Source: Eledone cirrhosa
Taxonomy: Eukaryota
NCBI GenBank assembly: GCA_964016885.1
Contig: OZ024741.1
Location: forward strand, 208,134,001-208,198,000
DNA: 64,000 bases
Direction of reading: 5' to 3'
Below the pieces are notes generated by a model that did no database searches, was not told where the DNA came from, and was given only the letters and a program-made list of their open reading frames with translations. Shown here piece after piece: positions 51,056-64,000 of this stretch. Each line of letters starts with the position of its first letter. Positions within the stretch are counted from its first letter, which is position 1. Position numbers and translations under genes: made by a program.

Positions 51056-51626
51056 TTACGGTATGTACACGTTTCTTCTAAGTTTAAATTTACACCTAAT
51101 TGTGTATGGTTGACGGTATATTTAGTCAGTTTCTACATGCTGTTGAAATGTTGGATAAATACTCTATTGGGGTCACCGCGTAGAGGCCGCTTTCGGTTAT
51201 TTGTCGAAAATTTCTTCATAGGAGCCTTTATTCTTATAGCCTGGTCTAATTGATTTTTTATATGGTTAATTATGCTAATTGGGAGAAGAAATGGTATATA
51301 TTTTATCTAATAATTCTAAGGACATGATTTATGATATATTGCTCTGATTATTTAATTTATTAATTCTTCATTGAGCCACAACGTGACCGGTTGCCACATA
51401 TATATCTATGACTTTATGCATATGTAAATTTTTATATTATATTTTTATATTATATATATTTTTATATTATATATATTTTTATATTATTTATATTATATAT
51501 ATTATATATATTTTATATTATATATATTTTATATATATATATATTTTATATTATTTATATTTTTTATATTATATTTTTATATTATATATATTTTATATTA
51601 TATATATTTTATATTATATATATTTT

Positions 51627-51720
<94 letters not shown>

Positions 51721-51722
<2 letters not shown>

Positions 51723-51780
51723 CACAAACGCAGAAAATAATTTTACAATATATTGTAAAATTATTTTCTGCGTTTGTGAT
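51721..51780. repeat. Perfect 60-bp palindrome
   Basis: ATCACAAACGCAGAAAATAATTTTACAATA|TATTGTAAAATTATTTTCTGCGTTTGTGAT. Confidence 0.95.
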
Positions 51781-51829
51781 TTTTTACATTTTCTATGAAT
51801 TTTAACCTACTCAACGTTCCAGAGGCTTT

Positions 51830-51942
<113 letters not shown>

Positions 51943-51949
51943 CACACAC

Positions 51950-52020
<71 letters not shown>

Positions 52021-52074
52021 AACGAAGAATTTTCCATATTTCAATTTATACACACACACATACACACACACGCA

Positions 52075-52277
<203 letters not shown>

Positions 52278-52362
52278 AAAGTTATATTTAAATTGTTGGG
52301 TTACAACTAGTAAATATTTATAACTGATATAAAAGCACTCGACAAGTATTTGGAGTATATTT

Positions 52363-54193
52363 ACGATATTAAATAAATGGAAACTATATTTATAAAACCA
52401 TATTTATTTCATTATATATATTTCAGGGATATCATATTAACAATATGCTATGCCTTCCTCAGACAAAATACAATATAAACAGTTTTATAGATAAATAGAT
52501 TTGACATACCGTACAACATCGACTTGTATTTGAAAAGTTGAATTGGCAGTGAAAAAATTGTACACAGAGAGAAAGAAAGAGAGAAAAAAAAAGAGAGAAA
52601 AAGGAAAGAAAGACAGAAAACGAAGAAAAAGAAGAAAAAGAAGAAAAAGAAGAAATGCATGGAACAAAATAGAGAGATGGAAAGATATATAAAGAGAAGA
52701 ACATCATGTAAAGAAACAGAGAGATATATATATAGAGAGAGAGAGGAAATAGAGATAGATATATATATATAGAAAACTAGGTAGTGGGAGCATCCGTTGA
52801 GTAAACGTATCAATGATACATTTATTTATTTATTTATTTATTTAGCTCTAGTATTAATGTAAGGGAGATATATGTGGTTAGGAGAGAAACCAGATGTTAT
52901 ATAGAGAGAAAAATTAAAAATAACCAGACATAGGCGAGGCATAAAAACCCTATGTTTTAATGTAGAGGTATTAGTATGTATAAAAAAACCAGCCACTATA
53001 TTGTAAATATCAGTATGCCTGAATGAGACATGTATCCATAATGTGTGAAAAGTAATGATCTTATGTTTAGTTTTTTAAAAAATTCATATGTTTATGTGAT
53101 AACTACAAACATCTATGCGAATTTACATGATCAACTCTGCAAACCCTAGGTTCACGGAAAACATTCTCATTGTGCTATAAAAATTTAAGTATACACATAT
53201 GTGTATATATATACATACATATATATATAGTCTATATTACTACTATTGTCTTTACTCTACAAGATTATCTATCAAGCAGAAATAGGGAGCAGATTTCAAT
53301 ATATTAATAAAAAAAAAAAAAAATATATATATATATCAGAAACAAAACCAAAAAATAACAATAATAATAATAATAATAAATAATAATGTTATAATAATAA
53401 AATAGAATGTAATAATAAAATGTAATAATAAAATAGAATGTTTTCCGTGAACCTAGGGTTTGCAGAGTTGATCATGTAAATTCACATAGATGTTTGTAGT
53501 TATCACATAAACATATGAATTTTTTAAAAAACTAAACATAAGATCATTACTTTTCACACATTATGGATACATGTCTCATTCAGGAATACTGATATTTACA
53601 ATATAGTGGCTGGTTTTTTTATACATACTAATACCTCTACATTAAAACATAGGGTTTTTATGCCTCACCTATGTCTGGTTATTTTTAATTTTTCTCTCTA
53701 TATAACAGCTGGTTTCTCTCCTAACCACATATATCTCCCTTACATTAATACTAGAGCTAAATAAATAAATAAATAAATAAATGTATCATTGATACGTTTA
53801 CTCAACGGATGCTCCCACTACCTAGTTTTCTATATATATATATCTATCTCTATTTCCTCTCTCTCTCTATATATATATCTCTCTGTTTCTTTACATGATG
53901 TTCTTCTCTTTATATATCTTTCCATCTCTCTATTTTGTTCCATGCATTTCTTCTTTTTCTTCTTTTTCTTCGTTTTCTGTCTTTTTTTCCTTTTTCTCTC
54001 TTTTTTTTTCTCTCTTTCTTTCTCTCTGTGTACAATTTTTTCACTGCCAATTCAACTTTTCAAATACAAGTCGATGTTGTACGGTATGTCATATTGTACA
54101 GGCATAGCATATTGTTAATATGATATCCCTGAAATATATATAATGAAATAAATATGGTTTTATAAATATAGTTTCCATTTATTTAATATCGTA
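52363..54193. repeat. Long inverted repeat (~800-bp arms, ~270-bp spacer)
   Basis: 52363-53168 is the reverse complement of 53435-54193; the ORF track shows near-identical pseudo-ORFs on opposite strands. Confidence 0.92.
52405..52470 (-). ncRNA. Type I hammerhead (same family as 49954)
   Basis: Minus strand TATTTTGT-CTGAGGA-AGGCATAGCATAT tgtta ATATGATATCCCT-GAAA-TATATA-TA-ATGAAATA. Confidence 0.85.
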
Positions 54194-54213
54194 TATATAT
54201 ATATATATATATA

Positions 54214-54314
54214 TAGGATGTCCTCAAAAAATGTATACATACTTTGATTACATGTACAGGCAATATTTATTACAATGCTGTTGAAGTGTGTATGCAATTT
54301 TTGGGGACACCCTA
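54214..54314. mobile_element. Tc1/mariner-type MITE in (TA)n, followed by a truncated second TIR (54326-54352)
   Basis: TAGGATGTCCTCAAAAAATGTATACATACTT ... AAGTGTGTATGCAATTTTTGGGGACACCCTA. Confidence 0.75.
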
Positions 54315-54440
54315 TATATATATATATAGGGTGTCCCCCAAAATTGTATACACAGCTCGCTATTTTATTCATGTATATATATAATTGTTTCTACTTTTGG
54401 CACAAGGCCAGCAATTATCCTAGTGTATTACTGGTATTTA

Positions 54441-54501
<61 letters not shown>

Positions 54502-54940
54502 TATATACATATGTAAGTTTATGAGTGTGTGCGTGTGTGTGACATGCATATACATCAGAAAGTCATACAGGCAGAGAGAATATATAAGGTAGAGGGAGAC
54601 GATAAACATAAGAGAGAAAATAATAAAGGAGAGAGGGGTGTTAGAGATGGAAGCAGAGACGTTAAATGTTTTGTTGAGATGTAAAGGAGAGTGGAGATAC
54701 TGGAGGTGGAGGCAGAGAGAGTAGATGGGTTGGTGGGAAGTACACGGTTTCGAACCTCAGCCAGCCAGATGAGCAATCACCTTGGAATGTCAAACCGATC
54801 ACATCATACAGTAGTTATACACCCCACCACCTTCATCACCAAGATAACCACCTTTAATATATTCCCCCACATTCCTTATCCTGTTGCTGCTTCTCCTGTG
54901 CCCAACACCCCTATACCCCCATCACAGCCATTCATCTACA

Positions 54941-55111
<171 letters not shown>

Positions 55112-55148
55112 TATATATAAATATATATATATAAATATATTATATACA

Positions 55149-55210
<62 letters not shown>

Positions 55211-55213
55211 TAC

Positions 55214-55252
<39 letters not shown>

Positions 55253-55289
55253 TATATATAAATATATATATATAAATATATTATATATA

Positions 55290-55367
<78 letters not shown>

Positions 55368-55914
55368 GATGATCTCTCTCTCTCTCCCTCATTCCCTCTT
55401 TCTCCTCCTTACACACACAGACATTCCGATGGAAGCTGGAAGCTAGAAGTTAGAGGCATTGATGAGATTTTGACGGATGAGAGAAAGTGGTGATGGGAGG
55501 GATGAGAAAGTAAAGGGCTGGGGGCTTGGTGGAGCTGGATGAACGGCTGATAGGAATGGAGTTCTGTGAGTAGGGGGTATTTATTTTGAGTGGGGGTAAT
55601 TTTGGGCATTGACTGCGGCTTTTAGCGTGTAATCTGTTGTTGTTGCTCTTCACATAATGCTGCTTCAGCTGTTATTGTTGAATTTGTGGCTGTTTTGTGG
55701 TTCCATATATTTTTGCTTGATGTTGTTCATTTTTATGCTTGCTATGGTTGTTGTTGATGCTGTTGTTGATGATGATGCTGTTGTTGATGATGATGCTGTT
55801 GTTGATGATGATGATGATGCTGCTGCTGAATGATGATGATGATGTTGATGCTGTTGATGATGTTGATGCTGTTGATGCTGTTGATTTTGATGCTGTTTCG
55901 GTGGTGTTTTTTGC

Positions 55915-58900
55915 GGTATGTTGTGGTGGTGGTAGATGTGTTGTGGTGTGTTGTGGTGGTGGTAGATGGGTTGTGCTGTGTTGTGGTGGTAGTTATATTG
56001 TGGTGTGTTGTGGTGTTAGATGTGTTGTGGTTGGTTGTGGTGGTAGTTATGTTGTGGTGTGTTGTGGTGGTAGTTATGTTGTGGTGTGTTGTGGTGGTAG
56101 ATGTGTTGTGGTGTGTTGTGGTGGTAGATGTGTCGTGGTGTGTTGTGGTAGTAGATGTGTTGTGGTGTGTTGTGGTGGTAGTTATTTTGTTGTGGGTTGT
56201 GGTGGTAGTTATGTTGTGGTGTGTTGTGGTGGTAGATGTGTTGTGGTGTGTTGTGGTGGTAGATGTGTTGTGGTGTGTTGTGGTGGTAGATGTGTTGTGG
56301 TGTGTTGTGGTGGTAGATGTGTTGTGGTGTGTTGTGGTGGTGGTAGATGGGTTGTGCTGTGTTGTGGTGGTAGTTATATTGTGGTGTGTTGTGGTGGTAG
56401 ATGTGTTGTGGTGTGTTGTGGTGGTAGTTATGTTGTGGTGTGTTGTGGTGGTAGTTATGTTGTGGTGTGTTGTGGTGGTAGATGTGTTGTGGTGTGTTGT
56501 GGTGGTAGATGTGTCGTGGTGTGTTGTGGTGGTAGATGTGTTGTGGTGTGTTGTGGTGGTAGTTATGTTGTGGTGTGTTGTTGTGGTAGTTAAATTGTGG
56601 TGTGTTGTGGTGGTAGATGTGTTGTGGTGTGTTGTGGTGTGTTGTGGTTGTGGCAGATGGGTTGTGCTGTGTTGTGGTGGTAGTTATGTTGTGGTGTGTT
56701 GTGGTGGTAGATGTGTTGTGGTGTGTTGTGGTGGTAGATGTGCTGTGGTGTGTCGTGGTGGTAGATGTGTTGTGGTCTGTTGTGGTGGTAGATGTGTTGT
56801 GGTGTGTTGTGGTGGTGGTAGATGGGTTGTGCTGTGTTGTGGTGGTAGTTATGTTGTGGTGGTTGATGTGTTGTGGTGTGCTGTAGTGGTAGATGTGTCG
56901 TGGTGTGTTGTGGTGGTAGATGTGTTGTGGTGTGTTGTGGTGGTAGATGTGTTGTTGGGTGTTGTGGTGGTAGATGTGTTGTGGCGTGCTGTAGTGGTAG
57001 ATGTGTTATGGTGTGTTGTGGTGGTAGATGTGTTGTGGTGTGTTGTGGTGGTAGATGTGTTGTGGTGTGCTGTAGTGGTAGATGTTTCGTGGTGTGTTGT
57101 GGTGGTAGATGTGTTGTGGTGTGTTGTGGTGGTAGGTGTGTTGTGATGTGCTGTGTTGTGGTAGATGTGTTGTAGTGTGTTGTGTTGTGGTAGATGTGTC
57201 GTGGTGTGTTGTGGTGTGTTGTTGTGGTGGTAGAATCTGTTGTGGTGTATTGTTGTGGTGTGTTGTGGTTTGTTATAGTGGTAGATGTGTTGCGGTTTGT
57301 GTTGTGGTAGATGAATGTGGTGTGTTCTAGTGGTAGATGTCTTGTGGTCTGTTGTGTAGTGGAGGATGTGTTGTGGTGTGTTGTGGTGTTTTTAGTGGTA
57401 GATGTGTTGTGGTGTGTTGTTATGTTAGATGTGTTGTTGTTTGTTGTTGTGTTGGTAGATGTGTTGTTGTGTGTTGTTTTGGTGGTAGATGTGTTGTGGT
57501 GTGTTCTAGTGGTAGATGTGTTGTGGTGTTTTGTTGTTGTAGATGTGTTGTTGTGTGTTGTGAGGTGGTAGATGTGTCGCGGTGTGTTGTTTGGGTGGTA
57601 GACATGTTGTGGTGTGTTCTGGTGGTGGTAGATGTATTGTGGTGTGTTGTAGTGGTAGATGTGTTGTGGTGTGTTGTGATGGTAGATGTGTTGTGGTGTG
57701 TTGTGCTGGTAGATGTTACGTGGTGTGTTGTGGTGGTGGTAGCAGTGTTGTGTGTTGTGGTAGTGGTAGCAGTGTTGTGTTTTGTTTTAATGGCATATGG
57801 GTTGAGATGTGTTGTTGTGGTGGTAGATGTGTTGTTGTAGTGGTAGATGTGTTGTGGTGTATTGTGGTGGTGGAAGATGGGTTGTGGTGTTTTGTTGTAG
57901 TGGTTGATGTGTTGTGGTTTGTTGTAGTGGTAGATGTGTTGTGGTGTGTTGTAGTGGTAGATGTGTTGTGCTGTGTTGTGTTGGTGGTAGATGTGTTGTT
58001 GTGCATTGTAGTGTTAGATGTGTTGTGGTGTGTTGTTGTAGTGGTAGATGTGTTGTGGTGTGTTGTTATAGTGGTAGATGTCTTGTGGTGTGTTGTGGTG
58101 GGATATGGTTTGTGGTGGTAGATGTGTTTTGGTGTGTTGTTGTAGTGGTAGATGTGTTGTGGTGTGTTGTTGTAATGGTAGATGTGTTGTTGTGTGTTAT
58201 GGTGGTAGATGTGTTGTGGTGTGTTGTTGTGGTAGATGTGTTGTGGGGTGTTGTAGTGGTATATGTGTTGTGGTGTGCTGTAGTGGTAGATGTGTTGTGG
58301 CGTGTTGTGGTGGTAGATGTGTTGCGGTGTGTTGTGGTGGTAGATGTGTTTTGGTGTGTTGTTGTAGTGGTAGATGTGTTGTGGTGTATTGTAGTGGTAA
58401 ATGTGTTTATGTGTGTTTGTATAGTGGTAGATGTGTTGTGTTGCTGGTAGATGTGTTTTGGTGTGTTGTGGTGGTAGATGTGTTGTGGTGTGTTGTTGTA
58501 GTGGTAGATGTGTTGTGGTATTTTGTCGTGGTGTTAGATTTGTTGTGCTGTGTTGTGGTGGTGATAGATGTGTTTTGGTGTGTTGTGGTTTCTATGTGTT
58601 GTGGTGTGTTGTGATGGTGGTAGTTGTATTGTGATGTTTTTGCAGTGGTAGATTTGTTGTGCTGTGTTGTGGTGGTGATAGATGTGTTGTGGTGTGTTGT
58701 GGTTTTCTATGTGTTGTGGTGTGTTGTGTAGTGGTAGATGTGTTGTTGTGTGTTTTTGTAGTTGTAGATGTGTTGTTGTGGGTTGTGTAGTGGTGGATGT
58801 GTTGTGGTGTGTTGTGGTGGTAGATGTGTTGTGGTGTGTTGTTTTGGTAGATCTGTTGTTGTTTGTTGTTGTGGTGGTAGATGTGTTGTGTGTTGTTTTG

Positions 58901-61900
58901 GTGGTAGAGGTCCTGTGGTGTGTTCTAGTGGCAGATGTGTTGTGGTGTTTTGTGGTGGTAGATGTGTTGATGTGTGTTGTGGTGGTGGTAGATGTGTCGT
59001 GGTGTATTGTTGTAGTGGTAGATGTGTTGTGGTGTATTGTAGTGGTAGATAAGTTGTGGTGGGTTGTGGTGGTACATGTGTTGTGTTGTATTGTGAGGTG
59101 GTAGATGTGTTGCGGTGTGTTGTTTGGGTGGTAGACATGTTGTGGTGTGTTCTGGTGGTGGTAGATGTGTTGTGGTGTGTTGTAGTGGTAGATGTGTTGT
59201 GGTGTGTTGTGATGGTAGATGTGTTGTGGTGTGTTGTTGTGGTGGTAGTTGGGTTGTGGTGTGCTAGTGGTAGATGCGTTGTGTTGTGTTGTGGTTGTAG
59301 ATGTGTTGTGGTGTGTTGTGCTGGTAGATGTTACGTGGTGTGTTGTGGTGGTGGAGGCAGTGTTGTGTGTTGTGGTAGTGGTAGCAGTGTTGTGTTTTGT
59401 TTTAATGGTATATGGGTTGAGGTGTGTTGTTGTGGTGGTAGATGTGTTGTTGTAGTGGTAGATGTGTTGTGGTGTATTGTGGTGGTGGAAGATGGGTTGT
59501 GGTGTTTTGTTGTAGTGGTTGATGTGTTGTGGTTTGTTGTAGTGGTAGATGTGTTGTGGTGTGTTGTAGTGGTAGATGTGTTGTGCTGTGTTGTGTTGGT
59601 GGTAGATGTGTTGTTGTGTATTGTAGTGTTAGATGTGTTGTGGTGTGTTGTTGTAGTGGTAGATGTGTTGTTGTGTGTTATGGTGGTAAATGTGTTGTGG
59701 TGTGTTGTTGTGGTAGATGTGTTGTGGGGTGTTGTAGTGGTAGATGTGTTGTGGTGTGCTGTAGTGGTAGATGTGTTGTGGCGTGTTGTGGTGGTAGATG
59801 TGTTGCGGTGTGTTGTGGTGGTAGATGTGTTTTGGTGTGTTGTTGTAGTGGTAGATGTGTTGTGGTGTATTGTAGTGGTAGATGTGTTTATGTGTGTTGG
59901 TATAGTGGTAGATGTGTTGTGTTGCTGGTAGATGTGTTTTGGTGTGTTGTGGTGGTAGATGTGTTGTGGTGTGTTGTTGTAGTGGTAGATGTGTTGTGGT
60001 ATTTTGTCGTAGTGGTAGATGTTTTGTGGTTTGTTGTGGTGGTGTTAGATTTGTTGTGCTGTGTTGTGGTGGTGATAGATGTGTTTTGGTGTGTTGTGGT
60101 TTCTATGTGTTGTGGTGTGTTGTGATGGTGGTAGTTGTTTTGTGGTGTGTTTTTGCAGTGGTAGATTTGTTGTGCTGTGTTGTGGTGGTGATAGATGTGT
60201 TGTGGTGTGTTGTGGTTTTCTATGTGTTGTTGTGTATTGTAGTGGTAGGTGTGTTGTGGTGTGTTGTGGTAATGATAGATCTGTTGTGGTGTGTTGCGGT
60301 AGTGGTAGATGTGGTGTGGTGTGTTGTTGTAGTGGTAGATGTGTTGTGGTGTTTTGTAGTGGTAGATGTGGTGCGGTGTGTTGTAGTGGTAGATGTGTTT
60401 TAGTGTGTTGTGGTGGTAGATGTGTTGTGGTGTGGTGTGGTGTTAGATGTGTTCTGGTGTGTTGTAGTAGTGGTAGATGTGTTGTAGTGTGTTCTGGTGG
60501 TGGTAGATATGTTGTGGTGTGATGTGGTGATAGATGTGTTGTCGTGTGTTGTTGTAGTGGTAGATGTTTTGTGGTGTGTTGTTGTGGTAGATGTGGTGTC
60601 GTGTGTTTTTGTGGTGGTAGATGTGTTGTGGGCTGTTGTGGTGGTGGTAGATGTGCTGCGGTGTGTTGTTGTTGTGGTAGATGTGTTGTGGTGTATTGTA
60701 GTGGTAGATCTGTTGTGGTGTGTTGGTATAGTGGTAGATGTGTTGTGGAGCAGGTAGATGTGTTTTGGTTTGTTGTGGTGGTAGATGTGTTGTGGTGTGT
60801 TGTTGTAGTGGTAGATGTGTTGCGGTGTTTTGACGTAGTGGTAGATGTTTTGTGGTGTGTTGTGGTGGTGGTAGATGTGTTATGGTGATAGATGTGTTGT
60901 GGTGTGTTCTAGTGGTAGATGTGTTGTGGTGTTTTGTGGTGGTAGATGTGTTGTGGTGGTGGTAGATGTGTCGTGGTGTGTTGTTGTAGTGGTAGATGTG
61001 TTGTGGTGTGTTCTGGTGGTGGTAGATGTGTTGTGGTGTGTAGTAGTGGTAGATGTGTTGTGGTGTGTTGTGGTGGTAAATATGTTGTGGTGTGTTCTAG
61101 TGGTAGATGTGTTATGGTGTGTTGTTTTGGTGGTAGCTGTGTTGTGGTGTGTTGTAGTGGTAGATTTTTGTGGTGTATTGTGGTGGTAGATGTGTTTTGG
61201 TGTGTTGTGGTGATATATGGGTTGTGGTGTGTTGCTTTGGTGGTAGACGTGTTGTGGTGGGTTGTGGTGATAGATCAGTTGTGGTGTGTTGTTGTAATTT
61301 TAGATGTGTTGTGGTGTGTTGTATTGATTGTAGATGTGGTCTGGTGGTGGTAGATGTGTTGTGCTGTGTTGCGGTAGTGGTAGATGAGTTGTGGTGTGTT
61401 GTTGTAGTGATAGATATATTGTGGTGTGTTGTTGTAGTGGTAGATGTGTTGTGGTGGTGGCAGATGTGTTGTGGTGTGTTGTAGTGGTAGATGTGTTGTG
61501 GTAGATGTGTTGTGGTGTATTGTAGTGGTAGATGTGTTGTGGTGTGTGCTGGTGGTGGTAGATATGTTATGGTGTGTTGTGGTGATAGATGTGCTGTGGT
61601 GTGTTTTTGTAGTGGTAGATGTGTTTTGGTTTGTTGTTGTGGTAGATGTGGTGTTGTGTGTTGTTTTGGTGGTAGAAGTCTTGTGGGGTGTTGTGGTGGT
61701 GGTAGATGTGCTGCGGTGTGTTGTTGTTGTGGTAGATGTGTTGTGGTGTGTTGTTGTGGGGTTAGATGTGTTGTGGTGTGTTGTGTAGTGGTTGATGTGT
61801 TGTGGTGTGTTGTGATTGTTGATGTGTTGTGGTGTGTTCTAGTGGTAGATGTGTTGTGGTGTGTTGTGGTTGTAGATGTGTTGTGGTGTCTTGTGGTGAT

Positions 61901-64000
61901 AGATGTGTTGTGGTGTGTTGTGGTGGTGGTAGCAGTGTTGTGTGTTGTTTTAATGGTATATGTGTTGTGGTGTGGTTTTGTGGTAGATGTATTGTGGTGT
62001 GTTGTGGTGGTGGTAGATGTGTTGTGGTAGACGTGTTGTGGTGTGTTGTTGTGGTAGATGTGTTGTGTTGTGTTGTTTTACTGGTAGATGTGTTGTGGTG
62101 TGTCGTAGTGGTAGACGTCTTATGGTGTGTTGTGGTGGTAGATATGTTCTGGTGTGTTTTGTGGTGGTAGATGTGTTCTGGTGTGTTTTTGTAGTGGTAG
62201 ATGTGTTGTTGTGTGTTGTGGTGGTAGATGTGTTGGTGTGTTGTTGTGTGTTGTTGTAGTGGTTGATGTGTTATGGTGTGTTGTTGTGGTAGATGTGTTG
62301 TGGTGTGTTTTTTGGTGGTAGATGTGTTATGGTGTGTTGTTTTGGTAGTCGCTGTGTTGTAGTGTGTTGTTATGGTAGATTTTTGTGGTGTATTGTGGTG
62401 GTAGATGTGTTTTGGTGTGTTGTGGTAATAGATGTGTAGTGGTGTGTTGCTTTGGTGGTAGATTTGTTGTTGTGTGTTGTTTTGGTGGTAGGTGTGTTGT
62501 GGTGTGTTTTAGTGGTAGATGTGTTGTGGTGTCTTTTGGTGGTACATGTGTTGTGGTGTGTTCTGGTGGTGGTAGATGTGTCGTGGTGTATTCTGGTGGT
62601 GGTAGATGTGTCGTGGTGTGTTGTTATAGTGGTAGATTTGTTGTGGTGTGTTGTTATGGTAGATGTGTTGTGGTGTGTTGTTGTGGTGGTAGATGTGTTG
62701 TGGTGTGTTCTAGTGGTAGATGTGTTGTGGGGTGTTGTGATACTAGATGTGTTGTGGTGTATTGTGGTGGTGGAAGATGTTGTGGTGTGCTGTAGTGGTA
62801 GATGTGTGGTGGTGTGTTGTAGTGGTGGTAGATGTGTCGTTGTGTATTGTAGTGGTAGGTGTGTTGTGGTAATGATAGGTCTGTTGTGGTGTATTGCGGT
62901 AGTGGTAGATGTGGTGTGGTGTGTTGTTGTAGTGGTAGATGTGTTGTGGTGTTTTGTAGTGGTAGATGTGGTGCGGTGTGGTGTAATGGTAGATGTGTTT
63001 TAGTGTGTTGTGGTGGTAGATGTGTTGTGGTGTGGTGTGGTGGTAGATGTGTTCTGGTGTGTTGTAGTAGTGGTAGATGTGTTGTAGTGTGTTCTGGTGG
63101 TGGTAGATATGTTGTGGTGTGATGTGGTGATAGATGTGTTGTCGTGTGTTGTTGTAGTGGTAGATGTTTTGTGGTGTGTTGTTGTGGTAGATGTGGTGTC
63201 GTGTGTTTTTGTGGTGGTAGATGTGTTGTGGGCTGTTGTGGTGGTGGTAGATGTGCTGCGGTGTGTTGTTGTTGTGGTAGATGTGTTGTGGTGTGTTGTG
63301 GTGGTGGTATATATTTTGTGGTGTGTTGTTGTGGTGGTAGATGGATTGTGGTGTGTTGTAGTGGTAGATGTTTCGTGGTGTGTTATAGTGGTACATGTGT
63401 TGTGGTGTGTTGGTATAGTAGATGTGTTGTGGTGTGTTTTTGTGATAGATGTGTTGTGTAGTTTTGTTTTACTGGTAGATATGTTGTGGTGTGTCGTAGT
63501 GGTAGACGTGTTATGGTGTGTTTTGGTGGTAGATATGTTCTGCTGTGTTTTTGTAGAGGTAGATGTGTTGCTGTGTGTTGTGGTGGTAGATGTGTTGGTG
63601 TGTTGTTGTTGTGTGTTGTTGTAGTGGTAGATATGTTGTGGTGTGTTGTTTTGGTAGATGTGTTGTGGTGTGTTGTGGTGGTATATGTGTTGTGGTGTGT
63701 TGTTGTAGTGGTAGATGTGTTGTGGTGTGTTGTAGTGGTATATGTGTTGTGGTGTGTTGTGGTGGTAGATGTGTTGTGGTGTGTTGTTGTGGTGTGTTGT
63801 GGTGTGTTGTAGTGGTAGATGTGGTGTGCTGTAGTGGTAGATGTGTTGTGGCGTGCTGTGGTGGTAGATGTGCTGTGGTGTGTTGTAATGGTAGATGTGT
63901 TGTAGTGTGTTTTTGTAGTTGTAGATGTGTTGTGGTGTGTTGTGGTGGTAGATGTGTTGTGGTGTGTTATTGTGGTGTATTGTATGGTAGATGTGTTGTG
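55915..64000. repeat. G/T-rich minisatellite/satellite, 27-bp consensus GTGGTGTGTTGTGGTGGTAGATGTGTT, runs off the window
   Basis: Continuous degenerate repeat with 24/27/30-bp variants and kb-scale internal duplications. Confidence 0.95.

Larger units (their letters stand above)
50235..51420. mobile_element. Hammerhead-bearing non-coding element: ~1.1 direct units plus an inverted, permuted partial unit
   Basis: 50235-50315 is repeated at 50858-50935; 50936-51330 is the reverse complement of 50623-50235 and continues into the reverse complement of the unit end. Confidence 0.85.

Noticed and set aside
55739-63812. Long Cys/Val/Gly-rich and His/Thr-rich ORFs
   Set aside because: They are translations of the 27-bp satellite, open in several frames because of base composition, with no unique domain.

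Overview
AT-rich, microsatellite-dense eukaryotic (animal) DNA with no recognisable host gene. The SINE types and repeat landscape resemble an Octopus/cephalopod genome (inference). Main contents: (1) three diverged, full-length but disrupted Tx1-clade LINEs (ORF1 zinc knuckle; ORF2 APE-RT-Cys) stacked head-to-tail on the minus strand at 27.7-44.6 kb, each bounded by (GATA)n. All three have a 5' splice-donor motif on the ORF1 stop codon and a 3' acceptor-like motif on the ORF2 stop codon, so ORF2 looks like a removable intron. (2) About 20 intact, variant or decayed type I hammerhead ribozyme motifs from several unrelated families. Most have an 8-nt palindromic stem III and sit in short (TA)n-flanked, terminally redundant or inverted segments typical of Penelope-like elements/retrozymes. 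(3) A Penelope-like RT/GIY-YIG remnant, an RLE-type non-LTR remnant ending in (CA)n, a decayed Buster-type hAT, an internally deleted mariner, a Tc1-like MITE, two non-autonomous Helitrons and SINE fragments. (4) An 8 kb G/T-rich 27-bp satellite with higher-order duplications. All structures and alignments were read by eye; none were computed.
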